Origin: Euglena gracilis
Taxonomy: Eukaryota
Assembly (NCBI GenBank): GCA_039621445.1
Contig: CP154954.1
Coordinates: 28,514,417 to 28,578,416, forward strand
Length of the DNA stretch: 64,000 bases
Direction of reading: 5' to 3'
In this document: positions 50,349-61,508 of the stretch, piece by piece
Layout of the letters: every line of letters starts with the position of its first letter
How positions within the stretch are numbered: the stretch's first letter is position 1
The notes under the pieces: generated by a model
Told to the model about the DNA's origin: nothing
Seen by the model: only the letters and a program-made list of their open reading frames with translations
Databases searched by the model: none
Position numbers and translations under genes: made by a program

Positions 50349-53300
50349 CTTAGACGGCCGTAACTGGACACTAAAAAATCAAATTGCGCCTGGAATTGTG
50401 GCTTGAGAAAATAGCCCTAAAAAGGGTCTTTTGCAAAATGTCAATGTTCAAAGCCCAAATAACGCCACCACTTCGCCATAGAAAGCAAAATTCTTAAAAA
50501 TCTTTTTGTCACAAAACCCAATGATTTCTACGGAATTAGTTAAGAACTTGGGAAAATGAGGTTCAAAAAAGGAGCAACATAGGTAGTTCAGGCGCAAATG
50601 CGCCTGAAATATGTTCTTTTCAATCAGACGAGATCTTTACATGAGTTATGTTGTTGGATGGGGCCTCACTCAAATCCAGGCGCAATTGCGCCTGAACGCA
50701 CTCAAAAAAGAGGCCAATTTGGTGGTCCCAAAAACAGATGAAAAAAGGTAAAACAACATTCAAAACAAGCTCGAAAGTATGCAGTCACGAGTCTTGAACG
50801 CAAGCATCACTGACTCAACAGACTACTGTGTGGAACGCCCCCGTACAGATTAGTGCACATGAACACAAAAAAAAATGCTATCATATTTTTGGAGTCCTAT
50901 CACATCGAAATTTGAAAAGGACAAATGACGATAAATATAATTCATACATAAGATTAATTGCGAATTGACATTTCAAAAAATGGGACGTAATTGTGGCTGA
51001 CAAGAAAATTGCAGGCGCATTTGCGCCTGGATCTTCAGAGAAACAGCACTTTTTTTGCCTTCCACACACAATCATCCCGGCGCAAATGCGCCTGGACGGT
51101 TGCCAAAACAGTCAACTGTCAATTCACTTTTGATGAGGAATTGTCGAGTTGTGAATGCCACCCTATGTGACATGATTTTTGCATGTGACCGCTTTTTCAC
51201 TTCAGTGGTTGTGTGGCAGATGTCTAAAAACACATTGACCAAACTGAGACGGCCGTAACTGGACACTTTTTTTTTTCAAAAAAATTGGTCAAAATTCTGG
51301 CCTAAAACGGGTTTTCTAGGACCACTTTTGAAAAAATTCCAGGCGCATTTGCGCCTAAACCCAGTATTAAATATTGCCACAGAGTGCCATTAAATTGTAT
51401 CTTTTTCAAGGGTTCCAGGCGCAAATGCGCCTGGAACCTCCCAGAAACAGGCGAAAGAGGACCATAATTTCACCCCAGACAGGTTTTGTCTTTGATCAAA
51501 ACCAATTGGCAAAGAATAAATATTTTGGAAAATACACACAGTGTTCTTTTTGTTGTATTGTCAAGGGGTGTCTCCCGAATATGTTGTTTAAGGTATTTTT
51601 GGCATCATCAGAAAAGTATTTTAGGCGCATTTGCGCCTGGAATACCTCTCAATACACCAAACAGTGGTAATGAAAGGAATGTGAGCGAGAGACAGCAACA
51701 GCAGCATTATTTTGCCAAGTATGTCTCTTTTTATAACCTTTTTTATTCATCAACATGCAAAGATCATTCTTCGGCAAAGTCCTTCAACTCCGTGTGTGAG
51801 GTGCCTTTGCCAAGGTTTGTGGGTGAGCGCAGAAAAATAACAGCAAGGGAAGTAGTTGCATCAAAATTTTCAAGGGTGGTGTTTGCTCTTCTTTGAAGCC
51901 GATGTGTTTTCTAGTTTCTATTTTGAAAATGCATTTTTTGTGTTGCAATCTAATGAATGATGTTTGGGAATGGTGCTCAAAAACTGTGCCACCCTGTGTT
52001 GGTCCAGGCGCAATTGCGCCTGGAATTTCAAAAATGCAATGTCAACCAAAGGTATATTTTGAAGGAAATAATTCATCTCAAAGTTTTTCATACAAAGACA
52101 CATTGTGGAACCACTTGGAGTTTGTTTCTTTGGAATTGCTGCCGATACCTTTCTCACACTTTGCTCCAGGCGCAAATGCGCCTAGACTATTGCCAAAAGG
52201 GGCGTCAGAGGCGTCCCGTTTTCATATTGGCAAACGCCCTTGACCCATCAAAGGTTGCATGGAAAATGATTTGCAACACATAGCAAAATTAACCAGCAAA
52301 TAACGTACACCGAAAGCTAAAAAATGTGCACATTGTTTTCCACATCTCCCCAGTTTTGACCATATTAAGCTTTAAGACCTGATGCAAGGGTGAAGATAAA
52401 GAGAACCCAATTTTTAGGACATTGTGGTTTTACGGTGAAAAATGCTTTTACCCAACAACATTACAATGCACTCCCTCCGTATGCTCCTTCCAAGTTTATA
52501 GAAGCAATTCAAATGCTGCTGACTTTCATTCAAAACGGATCCATCCAAAATCTTATTTGGGCAATTGTTCTTGTCAATGACGAGGTGTTTAAAAATTGTA
52601 AGTTTTTTCCCTTTTTTCGGGTTGCCTTGAGGAAACGAAATTTGGTGTTGTTCATTGTTTTGTGTTGCAAACATCTCATATGCATTGCGAAACAATTTTA
52701 CCTGTGGTTATGCCATGATTCCATCAGCTATCCTGCTTATAGTGTGTATCTGGTACATGTCATTGACTACCAGTTTTTTTGATGCCAAAATTACGTTTTG
52801 TAAACTACCTATACGACCTCTCTGCTTTGTCAATTGAGATTCCAATTCCATCCTGGCATTTCTTTTGTATTTTGCTCAGAAACTTCCTCCAATTACCATA
52901 ACATCAAAGAAACTGAGATGCGGAAAATGGTTTTTATTTTTCTGATTTATGGCTTATTCTTCATTCCAATTTGGTTTCAGGCCATTTCTGAGATTTGAAA
53001 AAGAACCATTCAAAATCATTGTGTTCCTTCAACTCACAAATCCTCTCTGACAACATTCACCTTCCATAGAAGTCATCAACCTTCGTTCTCTCTTGCAGGA
53101 AATTTTTCTGAAAGGATCCTGCCAAATCTCCTGCCAAAGCAGAGAGCCTACGGATGAGCGCAGGGAGGCCAAGAAAAGGTTTGAACTGGTGCAGTGTTGC
53201 CATGTGTCTCGGTCCAAGTTGTTCCAGTTGCAAGTTGACGTTGTAGCAAACCGTTTTTGACGGTTGTTTTCAATTCATTTTTTAGCACATTTGATTTTTT

Positions 53301-55662
53301 TTTAGTGTTATCGCTTTGCATCACACGAAAAACCGCGGATTTGGTAACGTAGCCCCTCGTCTCAAACTTTGTGCTCCTTTGTGCTCCCTAGAGAACAAAT
53401 CCTTAAGGCTGAAGTCTTGTAGCTTTGGGGTTCTTTTCTCATGCTTTGCGCATTAGAATCATTCACATATCTGGCTGTTTGGTGACAGAATTGTGTTACA
53501 ATTGGTGCACCTGGTTTCTTTTTTTTTTTTGTTTTAATTTTTGCTTTATTGTGTGGGTCGGTGGCAAAATGACTGAATGAGGACTAAACTGTCGAATTGA
53601 TTCTGATTTAAAACACGGTCAGGTGCACCCACTTGAGACTGAGACGGTGCGCCTTTGTTTGCATGACCTGGCCAGCAAGCCCGCTGGCGAACTTGATCCG
53701 TCAAACTGTTTGGCAGGAGCCAAATGTGTTTCATTTGAGCGTATAGTGTGGTGTGTTTCTGAGAGAACTTACTTCAATAATTTAAAAATTCATGTATCTG
53801 TGAAAATCTGTAAAATTTTATTCTTGAGACATTCACACTAAATTTCGTTTCCTCAAGGCAACCCGAAAAAAAGGGAAAAACTTACAATTCTAAACACCTC
53901 GTCATTGACAAGAACAATTTCCCAAATAAGATTTTGTGCACATTGCAAGAGCAAAAAAAATTGTATGTTTGAGACGTGGTTCTTTGCGATTGAATCCTTT
54001 CCTCAACAAAACTTTTCCATGCCATTGTTTCAGCCGCAAATGCGCCTCAAACCTCAAACATGGCCAATTGCCATCAGTTGCCACACAAAAAATGCAAGGA
54101 AAAATCAGTATGCAAAAAATCACAGGGAGACAATGGCAACTCAACAAAATGTACTGTTCATGGATTTGGATTGGCCATTGCCAATGGCCTTTTGTTTTGG
54201 CAACACTGTCCAAGCGCATTTGCGCCTGGAGAAACAGGTGGACTAGGCAAAAAAGGGCCATTTCTCAGAAGATCCAGCAAATGCGCCTGGAATTTCCTGG
54301 TAAGCCAAAAATATATATAATACATCCCTTCTAGAGAATTTGATTCAATGTTCTACTGCGGGTATGGATCCGTTTTGAATGAAAGTCAGCAGCATTTGAA
54401 TTGCTTCTATAAACTTGGAAGGAGCATACGGAGGGAGTGCATTGTAATGTTGTTGGGTAAAAGCATTTTTCACCGTAAAACCACAATGTCCTAAAAATTG
54501 GGTTCTCTTTATCTTCACCCTTGCATCAGGTCTTAAAGCTTAATATGGTCAAAACTGGGGAGATGTGGAAAACAATGTGCACATTTTTTAGCTTTCGGTG
54601 TACGTTATTTGCTGGTTAATTTTGCTATGTGTTGCAAATCATTTTCCATGCAACCTTTGATGGGTCAAGGGCGTTTGCCAATATGAAAACGGGACGCCTC
54701 TGACGCCCCTTTTGGCAATAGTCTAGGCGCATTTGCGCCTGGAGCAAAGTGTGAGAAAGGTATCGGCAGCTATTCCAAAGAAACAAACTCCAAGTGGTTC
54801 CTCAATGTGTCTTTATATGACAAAATTTGAGATGAATTATTTCCTTCAAAATATACCTTTGGTTGACATTGCATTTTTGAAATTCCAGGCGCAATTGCGC
54901 CTGGACCAACACAGGGTGGCACAGTTTTTGAGCACCATTCCCAAACATCATTCATTAGATTGCAACACAAAAAATGCATTTTCAAAATAGAAACTAGAAA
55001 ACACATCGGCTTCAAAGAAGAGCAAACACCACCCTTGAAAATTTTGATTCAACTACTTCCCTTGCTGTTATTTTTCTGTGCTCACCCACAAACCTTGGCA
55101 AAGGCACCTCACACACGGAGTTGAAGGACTTTGCCGAAGAATGATCTTTGCATGTTGATGAATAAAAAAGGTTATAAAAAGAGACATACTTGGCAAAATA
55201 ATGCTGCTGTTGCTGTCTCTCGCTCACATTCCTTTCATTACCACTGTTTGGTGTATTGAGAGGTATTCCAGGCGCAAATGCGCCTAAAATATTTTTCTGA
55301 TGATGCCAAAAATACCTAAAACAACATATTCGGGAGACACCCCTTGACAATACAACAAAAAGAACACTGTGTGTATTTTCCAAAATATTTATTCTTTGCC
55401 AATTGGTTTTGATCAAAGACAAAACCTGTCTGGGGTGAAATTATGGTTCTTTTTCGCCTGTTTCTAGGAGGTTCCAGGCGCATTTGCGCCTGGAACCCTT
55501 GAAAAAGATACAATTTAATGGCATTCTGTGTCAATATTTAAAATTGGGTTTAGGCGCAAATGCGCCTGGAATTTTTTCAAAAGTGTTCCTAGAAAACCCG
55601 TTTTAGGCCAAAATTTTGACCAATTTTTTTGGAAAAAAAGTGTCCAGTTACGGCCGTCTAAG
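50349..55662. mobile_element. 5.3 kb DNA element, CTTAGACGGCCGTAACTGGACACT termini, 5-bp TSD AGCGT, internal ~1.4 kb inverted arms
   Basis: 24-bp terminus at 50349 and inverted at 55639-55662, with a third copy at 51244. Arms 51244-52647 and 53836-55662. AGCGT at 50344-50348 and 56126-56130. Confidence 0.9.
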
Positions 55663-56120
55663 GAGGCTAGGCGCGCCGCTCGGGGGGGGTCCGGGACCCC
55701 CCTCCCCCCCCCCCGCGCGGCCCCTGCGCGGCCGCCCGCGCGGCCGCTCCCCCCCCCCCTCCCCTGGACCCCCCCCTCCCCCCCTGTGCCTAGTGCCTAG
55801 CATAGCCAAGAAAAAAAAATTTGGTGAAAAAATTGCGATTTTTCGAGGCCCAAAAATGACCAAAAATGACCATTTTCGGACACAAAATGGCAAATTTGGG
55901 GGCCGCGCGCTCTGCGCGCGGCCAAAAAAGCACCTTTTTTGGTCAAAAATGGCCCAAAAATGGCAAAAAATGACCACTTTTTGGACCCGAAAATGACCGA
56001 TTTTAGGATGCGTTCCGCCCGCGCGGCCGCCCTCGGATCCCCCCCCCCCCCCTCTCTCGCGCGCCCGCGCGGCCCGCTCGCCCCCCCCAGCCCCCCCCCC
56101 CCCCCGCTATGCCTAGCCTC
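55663..56120. mobile_element. 458 bp MITE, GAGGCTAGGC TIRs, 5-bp TSD CTAAG
   Basis: CTAAG 55658-55662 | GAGGCTAGGC ... GCCTAGCCTC | CTAAG 56121-56125. Confidence 0.85.
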
Positions 56121-56636
56121 CTAAGAGCGTGACCCCTGAAGGGAGGATGGGCAAGCCAAGCCACCACCACAGTAGCAGCCGGTATTGGGTGTCCGAGAAA
56201 GCTGTGTGCTGTGCCTTGCTGGGCAAAGTCCGCAGCCATCCCGTTGCCACCGGTCCCTTTTGGCAAGTCCGTCTCACCCGGTCAATGGCAGAGCCGACCG
56301 CATCGACTCGCTGGCTCTGCATTTCCGCCACTTTCTTCGCCCACCACCGTTGGGTGGCGTGTTCTGGTGCTGCGGAGGAGAGTGGGGTGGTGCCTGCGAG
56401 CCAGCTGGCCATGGGATCCATGTTGGGGCCAAGCTGTTGCTGCAACCGTTGTAGCGTGTCTTGCATGTCCGGGGATGGGGTTGCCAACACCGAGGCTGGC
56501 ACCCCCACAGGCTGCATCCCCAGATTCAGCAAGGCCGCCATCCGTGCCGCGGGTTGCAACACTTCAGGGTCCGAGATTCCGAGTCCTCCTTGGCGGATGG
56601 GCAGGGAGACTTGATCCCATGAACTCTCGGTGATTC

Positions 56637-57851
56637 CAGGGTTTACCACCGGTTCGTGCTAGGAAGCCTGAAATCCGGTTCGTGATTGTTCGTGATTGTT
56701 CGTGATTGTTCGTGATTGTTCGTGACTGTTAGTGCTTCCAAAAAAACGCCCGGTTTTCAGTTTTCCTTGGTGAAATGGGTGATTCCTCTTGTGCTTTGGC
56801 TTCTTGTGCCTCTTTTAATCTGACTATTTTGGTCAATGGGGAAATCAAAAGGCTCTTGAAAGCTGCACTCAGGGAATTTCTTAAGCCGGAGGGGGTCCAG
56901 CCAGCCAGCAGCTCAAATCCAGCCAGCAGCCCAAATTCGGGCTGGGAGCCCCCCCCCCCCCGGGGTCGAGTGAAATAAAGTCGGGTTCCAGCCCGGCCGG
57001 AGGCCGGGCCAGCCGGCCGAAGGCCGGCCCAGCCGGCCGCAGGCCGGCCAGCCAACTGGGCTGTCCAGCTCACTTATCCCTGCATTTTTCCCCCTCATCA
57101 CAGCCCCTCCATCACAGCCCCCCAGCCTTGATCTAGCTCCACCCATCAAAATGTCGAAAATGGCCAAAATGTGTTAGAAAATTTTGTTTTTCCTCGACCC
57201 AGCCCAGCCCAGCCCGCTCCAGCCCCGGACCCCCCCCTCCCCCCCCACCCCCCCCCGGGGGGGGGTCCAGCCAGCAGCTCAAATCCGGCCAGCAGCCTTT
57301 TTGCCAGCCGGAGGCTGGACCCCCCCCGGGGGGGTCCTTAAGAAATTCCCTGGATGCACTACAAAGCAGCAAAAAATGAGTGCCAACGTATGACAGCGCG
57401 GTGTGCGGGTTTGTGTTGTGTTGTTCCAGATGCAATCCGCAAAAACAAACGGCAGGTTGAAAGCGGCTGGAAAGGGTTAGGACGTTGCTCTACATCGCCA
57501 TTGCAAAACGACCGTTCCACAGCGGCAGAGGTGACACAGACCATGCAATTGTCTACCCCCAATAAACATCTTGCTGACAACATGGCAAGTTCAAAAATGG
57601 AGGACAAACCTCTACGACGACACACAAGATGGTTCCCAGAGGCCGAAATTCAATCCCCCCCCTGAGTCTAAAGAACATGGCTAACATGTCAGTCCCAGCA
57701 GTGATCTTTTCTCTTTAGTTGATTGAACAACACCGTCATTCTCAGAAGAAGACATTTCTGCAAGGGTGACGAAATAATCCGGTTCGTGATTGTTCGTGAT
57801 TGTTCATGATTGTTCGTGATTGTTCGTGGCACGAACCGATGAAAAACCCTG
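56637..57851. mobile_element. 1215 bp non-autonomous DNA element, 23-bp imperfect CAGGGTTT TIRs, 7-bp TSD GTGATTC, subterminal (TTCGTGATTG)n
   Basis: CAGGGTTTACCACCGGTTCGTGC / GCACGAACCGATGAAAAACCCTG; GTGATTC at 56630-56636 and 57852-57858. Can alternatively be read as AGGG ends with a 9-bp TSD. Confidence 0.9.
56870..57352. mobile_element. 483 bp MITE nested in the previous element, 16-bp TIR CAGGGAATTTCTTAAG, 8-bp TSD
   Basis: GCTGCACT (56862-56869) and GATGCACT (57353-57360), 7/8 identical. Confidence 0.87.
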
Positions 57852-60169
57852 GTGATTCCCAGTCCGAGGAGATCTTGTACGGCTTCCTGCAGCCATGCCC
57901 TGAGAATGAGCGGGGAGTCCCGTGCGTTTTCTCTCTCCGTTGATCGGAGGATGTGGACCACCCGACAAACGTCAAGACAGTACCGCAAGAGTGCGTGCCG
58001 CACTTGCCCCTCTGGGTATCCCCTGAGCCGTTCCAGGAGCAAGGTCGCCCTGTCCACGGTCTCTTCCCATACGGCTTGGCATTGTGGTGCTCTTGGCGTG
58101 TCCTCTTGTGCTGTGCGATGCTCCCGCGGGGCATCAATTGGGACGCCCAGGGTCGTGATGCCCCTCGGTCCTCCAAAGGGAATCACGGGCACTTGTCGTC
58201 CCAAGTGGTCTTCTGCCAAACCGTCTGGGTAATGTGGCCCGGCTTGATTGACCGTTTGCATCCCAGGTCCCCAAAATTTGCACTTGGCCAAATTGAGGTG
58301 GAGGCCTACTCGCTCCAGGACCGTGCTGAGGTCATGGAGGCGGGCCAACACCACTGCTGGCTCCGCCACGATGTGGCCGTCGTCGAGGTACCAAGACTCC
58401 CATGCCAAGTCCCGGGCAAAGCACTGGTCAAGGGCGTAGTCCAAGCCCAGTGCAAAGCCCAAGGGCCCGCATGCGTCGCCTTGATGCACTCCGATCTGGC
58501 TTGTACACAGGAAGCGCCCTTGGCAGAACAATGGACTTGGTCCACTGTAGCAAAAGTGCAGCCAGTTGTACGCCGTGGGTACCTTGGCCAAGCATCCCCG
58601 GAGCATTGCATCCCGGCTGATGGAGTTGAAGGCATTGCGCATATCCACCTGCAACACTACGTAGTCGTTGTCCCCTTGGAGGTGGCTCGACTGGACGTAG
58701 CGTTGCAGGCCCATGCCCACCATCTCACTGCCGCGGTTGTAGGGCTGCCAACTCCATCGTCACCACTTCAGAATGGAGAAGGCACTTGCCCACCACTCGC
58801 CGGAGGGTGTCCCCGACGGCAATAGCACTTCTCGCACGCTCTCCGGGAATGATGTGGTCAGGGCCGTCGCAGCAAGCTTGCCGAGGGCTTGGACCAGGGG
58901 CCCCCCCGGCCCCAGCTTTCGGCAACACTCACTGAGGTGGATTGGGCGAAGCCCAGATGGTCCGCCTGCGGACCCCGGGGGGAAGGAGACCACGGCTGCC
59001 CAGGCCCGCTTGGACCACTGCTCGTTGCTCTCCTCTTCGTCCATGCCCTCGTTCACCAGGCGGCAGGCAATCGAGGTGGGCAAATCCCTTGCCGGGACCA
59101 AGTGTGGCTGTGCTGGGGGATGGAGGTCCCTCGGTACAGCTTCCACACCTGGTTCCTCCGAGTTGACCAGCCCATCTGACACCAACAGCTTAGCGGCCTT
59201 GGACAGTGCGCCTTCCTCCACCAATGCCCTCATTTTCCCCACCTGGGATGGTGACATTTCCCCTTCCTCCTCCCGCTTGGCCTGTGCCCTTGTGCGCGCC
59301 GGTTGGTCCAATGGGGTCTGCCGTGCTTCGGCGTTCGCCTCGGCCCACAAGGTTCCCATTTGGCCTGAAAGAGACGCAGCCGTCGGTCCATGTCATGTGC
59401 TGCCTGCCATTGGTGCTTGCTTCCACCCCGGCCTGATGAACGCAAGACCAGCTTTGGGAAACACATGAGACGGTGGAGCGCCTCCCAGGTTGGCACTGGG
59501 ACCGCCACATCCCTCACCAGATGTGCCAGCTCTTGGGAGATGGCGGTGTATCCCCCGCGACTCCCCGCGGCAGGTTGTTGACCATTTGGAGCAAAGTGTG
59601 CATGAGTTTGCAACAAATTTGGACCAAATTCATGCACAGCTGCGTTCCATCCATCAAAACCCGCAATCGGGTGTGGTTGGCAGATTTGCCGCATCTTCCA
59701 GCTCAAAAAGCGCCATTCGCGCACCAATCCCCGAGTCCACAGACACATTGCCACCTAACCGCATTTTTTTTTCTGCTCATGCGGTGGTCCCCCCATTAGC
59801 ATTACCAGTCCTAATGGACTAGTTTTCGGATGATGAGTCGGGATTACAAGCGAGAACCAGACCCACCCCCCTCTGAAGTCAGGAGATTCGGGAATCCGAA
59901 CTAATTCGCGGTATGAGCCCCCCACACCGGGTGTTGGTCATACCTCCCAGATTCTGTTAGATTCACCAATGGAGCAACCATGTGACACCTCAACCCGACA
60001 TGCGCAACAGCACCACCATTCGCGCAATCGTGATTCCCGGAATTTACATGGTACCTCTGGTACACTAAGTGGTGTGTTCCATTTGCACTCGCAAAATTAC
60101 TCGAACAATACCCTTGGTGAAACCACCAGAGTACCTGCACATGGTGCAATTTCGCGCCCTGGCCCACCT

Positions 60170-61420
60170 TGCATGAATACCACCGAAGGGCCACGGGTTT
60201 CTCAGAAAGATTTCAAAGGCACCATCGCGATAGCGAACAAGGTGAAGCCCCAATGGGAAGGTGATCCCACCACATGGAAACACTTTTTCCGCGACAGGGA
60301 ATCTTATCGGGATTTGAAGAAACAAACCCAAGATGACAACCCGGAGGTAATCAAGATGGAGTTTATTGATTGCCTCCTAAGGGAAGAAAAAGAACGCGCC
60401 AGACAATTAGTCATTTGCAGCCACATTTCTTTTGAGGAATTAGTTGAGCAATATGCTTCATCATGCTCCAGTTTGATTTCCGGAATCGGTTTGGAAAACA
60501 AATGGCGGCAATTTACCCCGCCGGACCGCAAATGGAAGTCGATAGACTTGTGGTACTCCAAGTGGGCTGCATTGGCAGCCGAAGTTGATGAGTTAGGGGA
60601 AAAGCAAATCAAAGGGGGTGGTTCGGGTCACGGGGGGGTCACGGGGGGGGTCACGGGGGGGGGGGGGCGGGGGGGGAACACCACATTTTTAGTGGCGAAA
60701 TTAGGAATCACCGAGCCGGAATTTTTCGGAAGAAATTCCACAAATTAGGAATCCCCACAACTAAAATTAGGATTTTAACACCTAATTAGGAATCACCAAG
60801 CCCAAATTTGGAAATTTTACACCTCAAAATTAGGAATCTGCCTAAGAATTTTTTCAAATTAGGCATCACCGGCCAAAAATTTACCCTACAAAATTTCGCC
60901 GAAAAGGGTCCTTGTTCGGGTCACGGGGGGGTCACGGGGGGGGGTCACGGGGGGGTCACGGGGGAGATCAGGCGGTGACTTTGGGTTTTTCGGGCGGGAC
61001 CCCCCCCCACCCCCCCCCTCTTCATTGGAAATACATGGCGGTGAACTTCACCGGTGAACTTCACCGGTGAAGTTTCTCCATTGAAATTCCTTTAGGGGCG
61101 AAGCCCCCAACCCCCCCCCCCACCCCTGCCTAACCTCCGGGGGGAACACCCCCAAAGAACAACTTCATGCGGTATTACTGCGCTACATCCCCAAACTCAT
61201 TAAGGAAATTCACCGCAAGGAACTCGGGGGACACATTTTGACTCTTGATGAGAGATGGAACTATGTTTCCAAACAAATGAAGTTATCACAACTTCTTGGG
61301 CAGATTGAATCGGGATATCACCACCACCCTACCGCGGGTGTACCTACCGGTTCAGTCGATGCAGTCCAAAGGACTACCTCCCCAAAATCACCAAAATCAC
61401 CATCGAGTGATCAGGTTGCT
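60170..61420 (+). pseudogene. Gag-like retroelement ORF remnant interrupted by a MITE (boundaries approximate)
   Basis: KPQWEGDPTTWKHFFRD...EFIDCL...SFEELVEQY...ELGEKQIK | EQLHAVLLRYIPKLIKEIHRKEL...TLDERWNYV; the frame is restored by removing 60614-61156. Confidence 0.55.
60614..61153. mobile_element. 540 bp MITE, GGGGGTG(G)TTC...GAACACCCCC ends, 3-bp TSD AAA (PIF/Harbinger-like geometry)
   Basis: AAA at 60611-60613 and 61154-61156; internal ATTAGGAATC and GGGTCACGGGG repeats. Confidence 0.78.
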
Positions 61421-61508
61421 GATAGTACCGTTGTTTACTTTTTTGAGAAGTTGTGGATGGTGTAAGGACAATTGTTTGTTCTGGGTCTAGGGGTCGTAGT
61501 GGTCTTCT

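Larger units (their letters stand above)
49764..59760 (-). mobile_element. CRE-clade non-LTR retrotransposon copy 1 (RT + CCHC + restriction-like endonuclease), split into 57852-59760, 56126-56636 and 49764-50348
   Basis: SAGGPSGLRP, LQVDMRNAFNS, GVHQGDACGP, WYLDDGH, LPIRQGGLG, CPLC..DPFGDHFVCC, RHNAFRD, RPADILL. The pieces rejoin in frame after removing the insertions. Confidence 0.93.

Noticed and set aside
52390-53460. Transposase in the spacer of the CTTAG element
   Set aside because: Only short stop-interrupted frames; no DDE or zinc-finger motif recognised.
50589-55570. Palindromes with unique spacers as a CRISPR or integron-like array
   Set aside because: Spacing is irregular (~60-380 bp) and the array is mirrored within the TIR arms of a TSD-flanked transposon.
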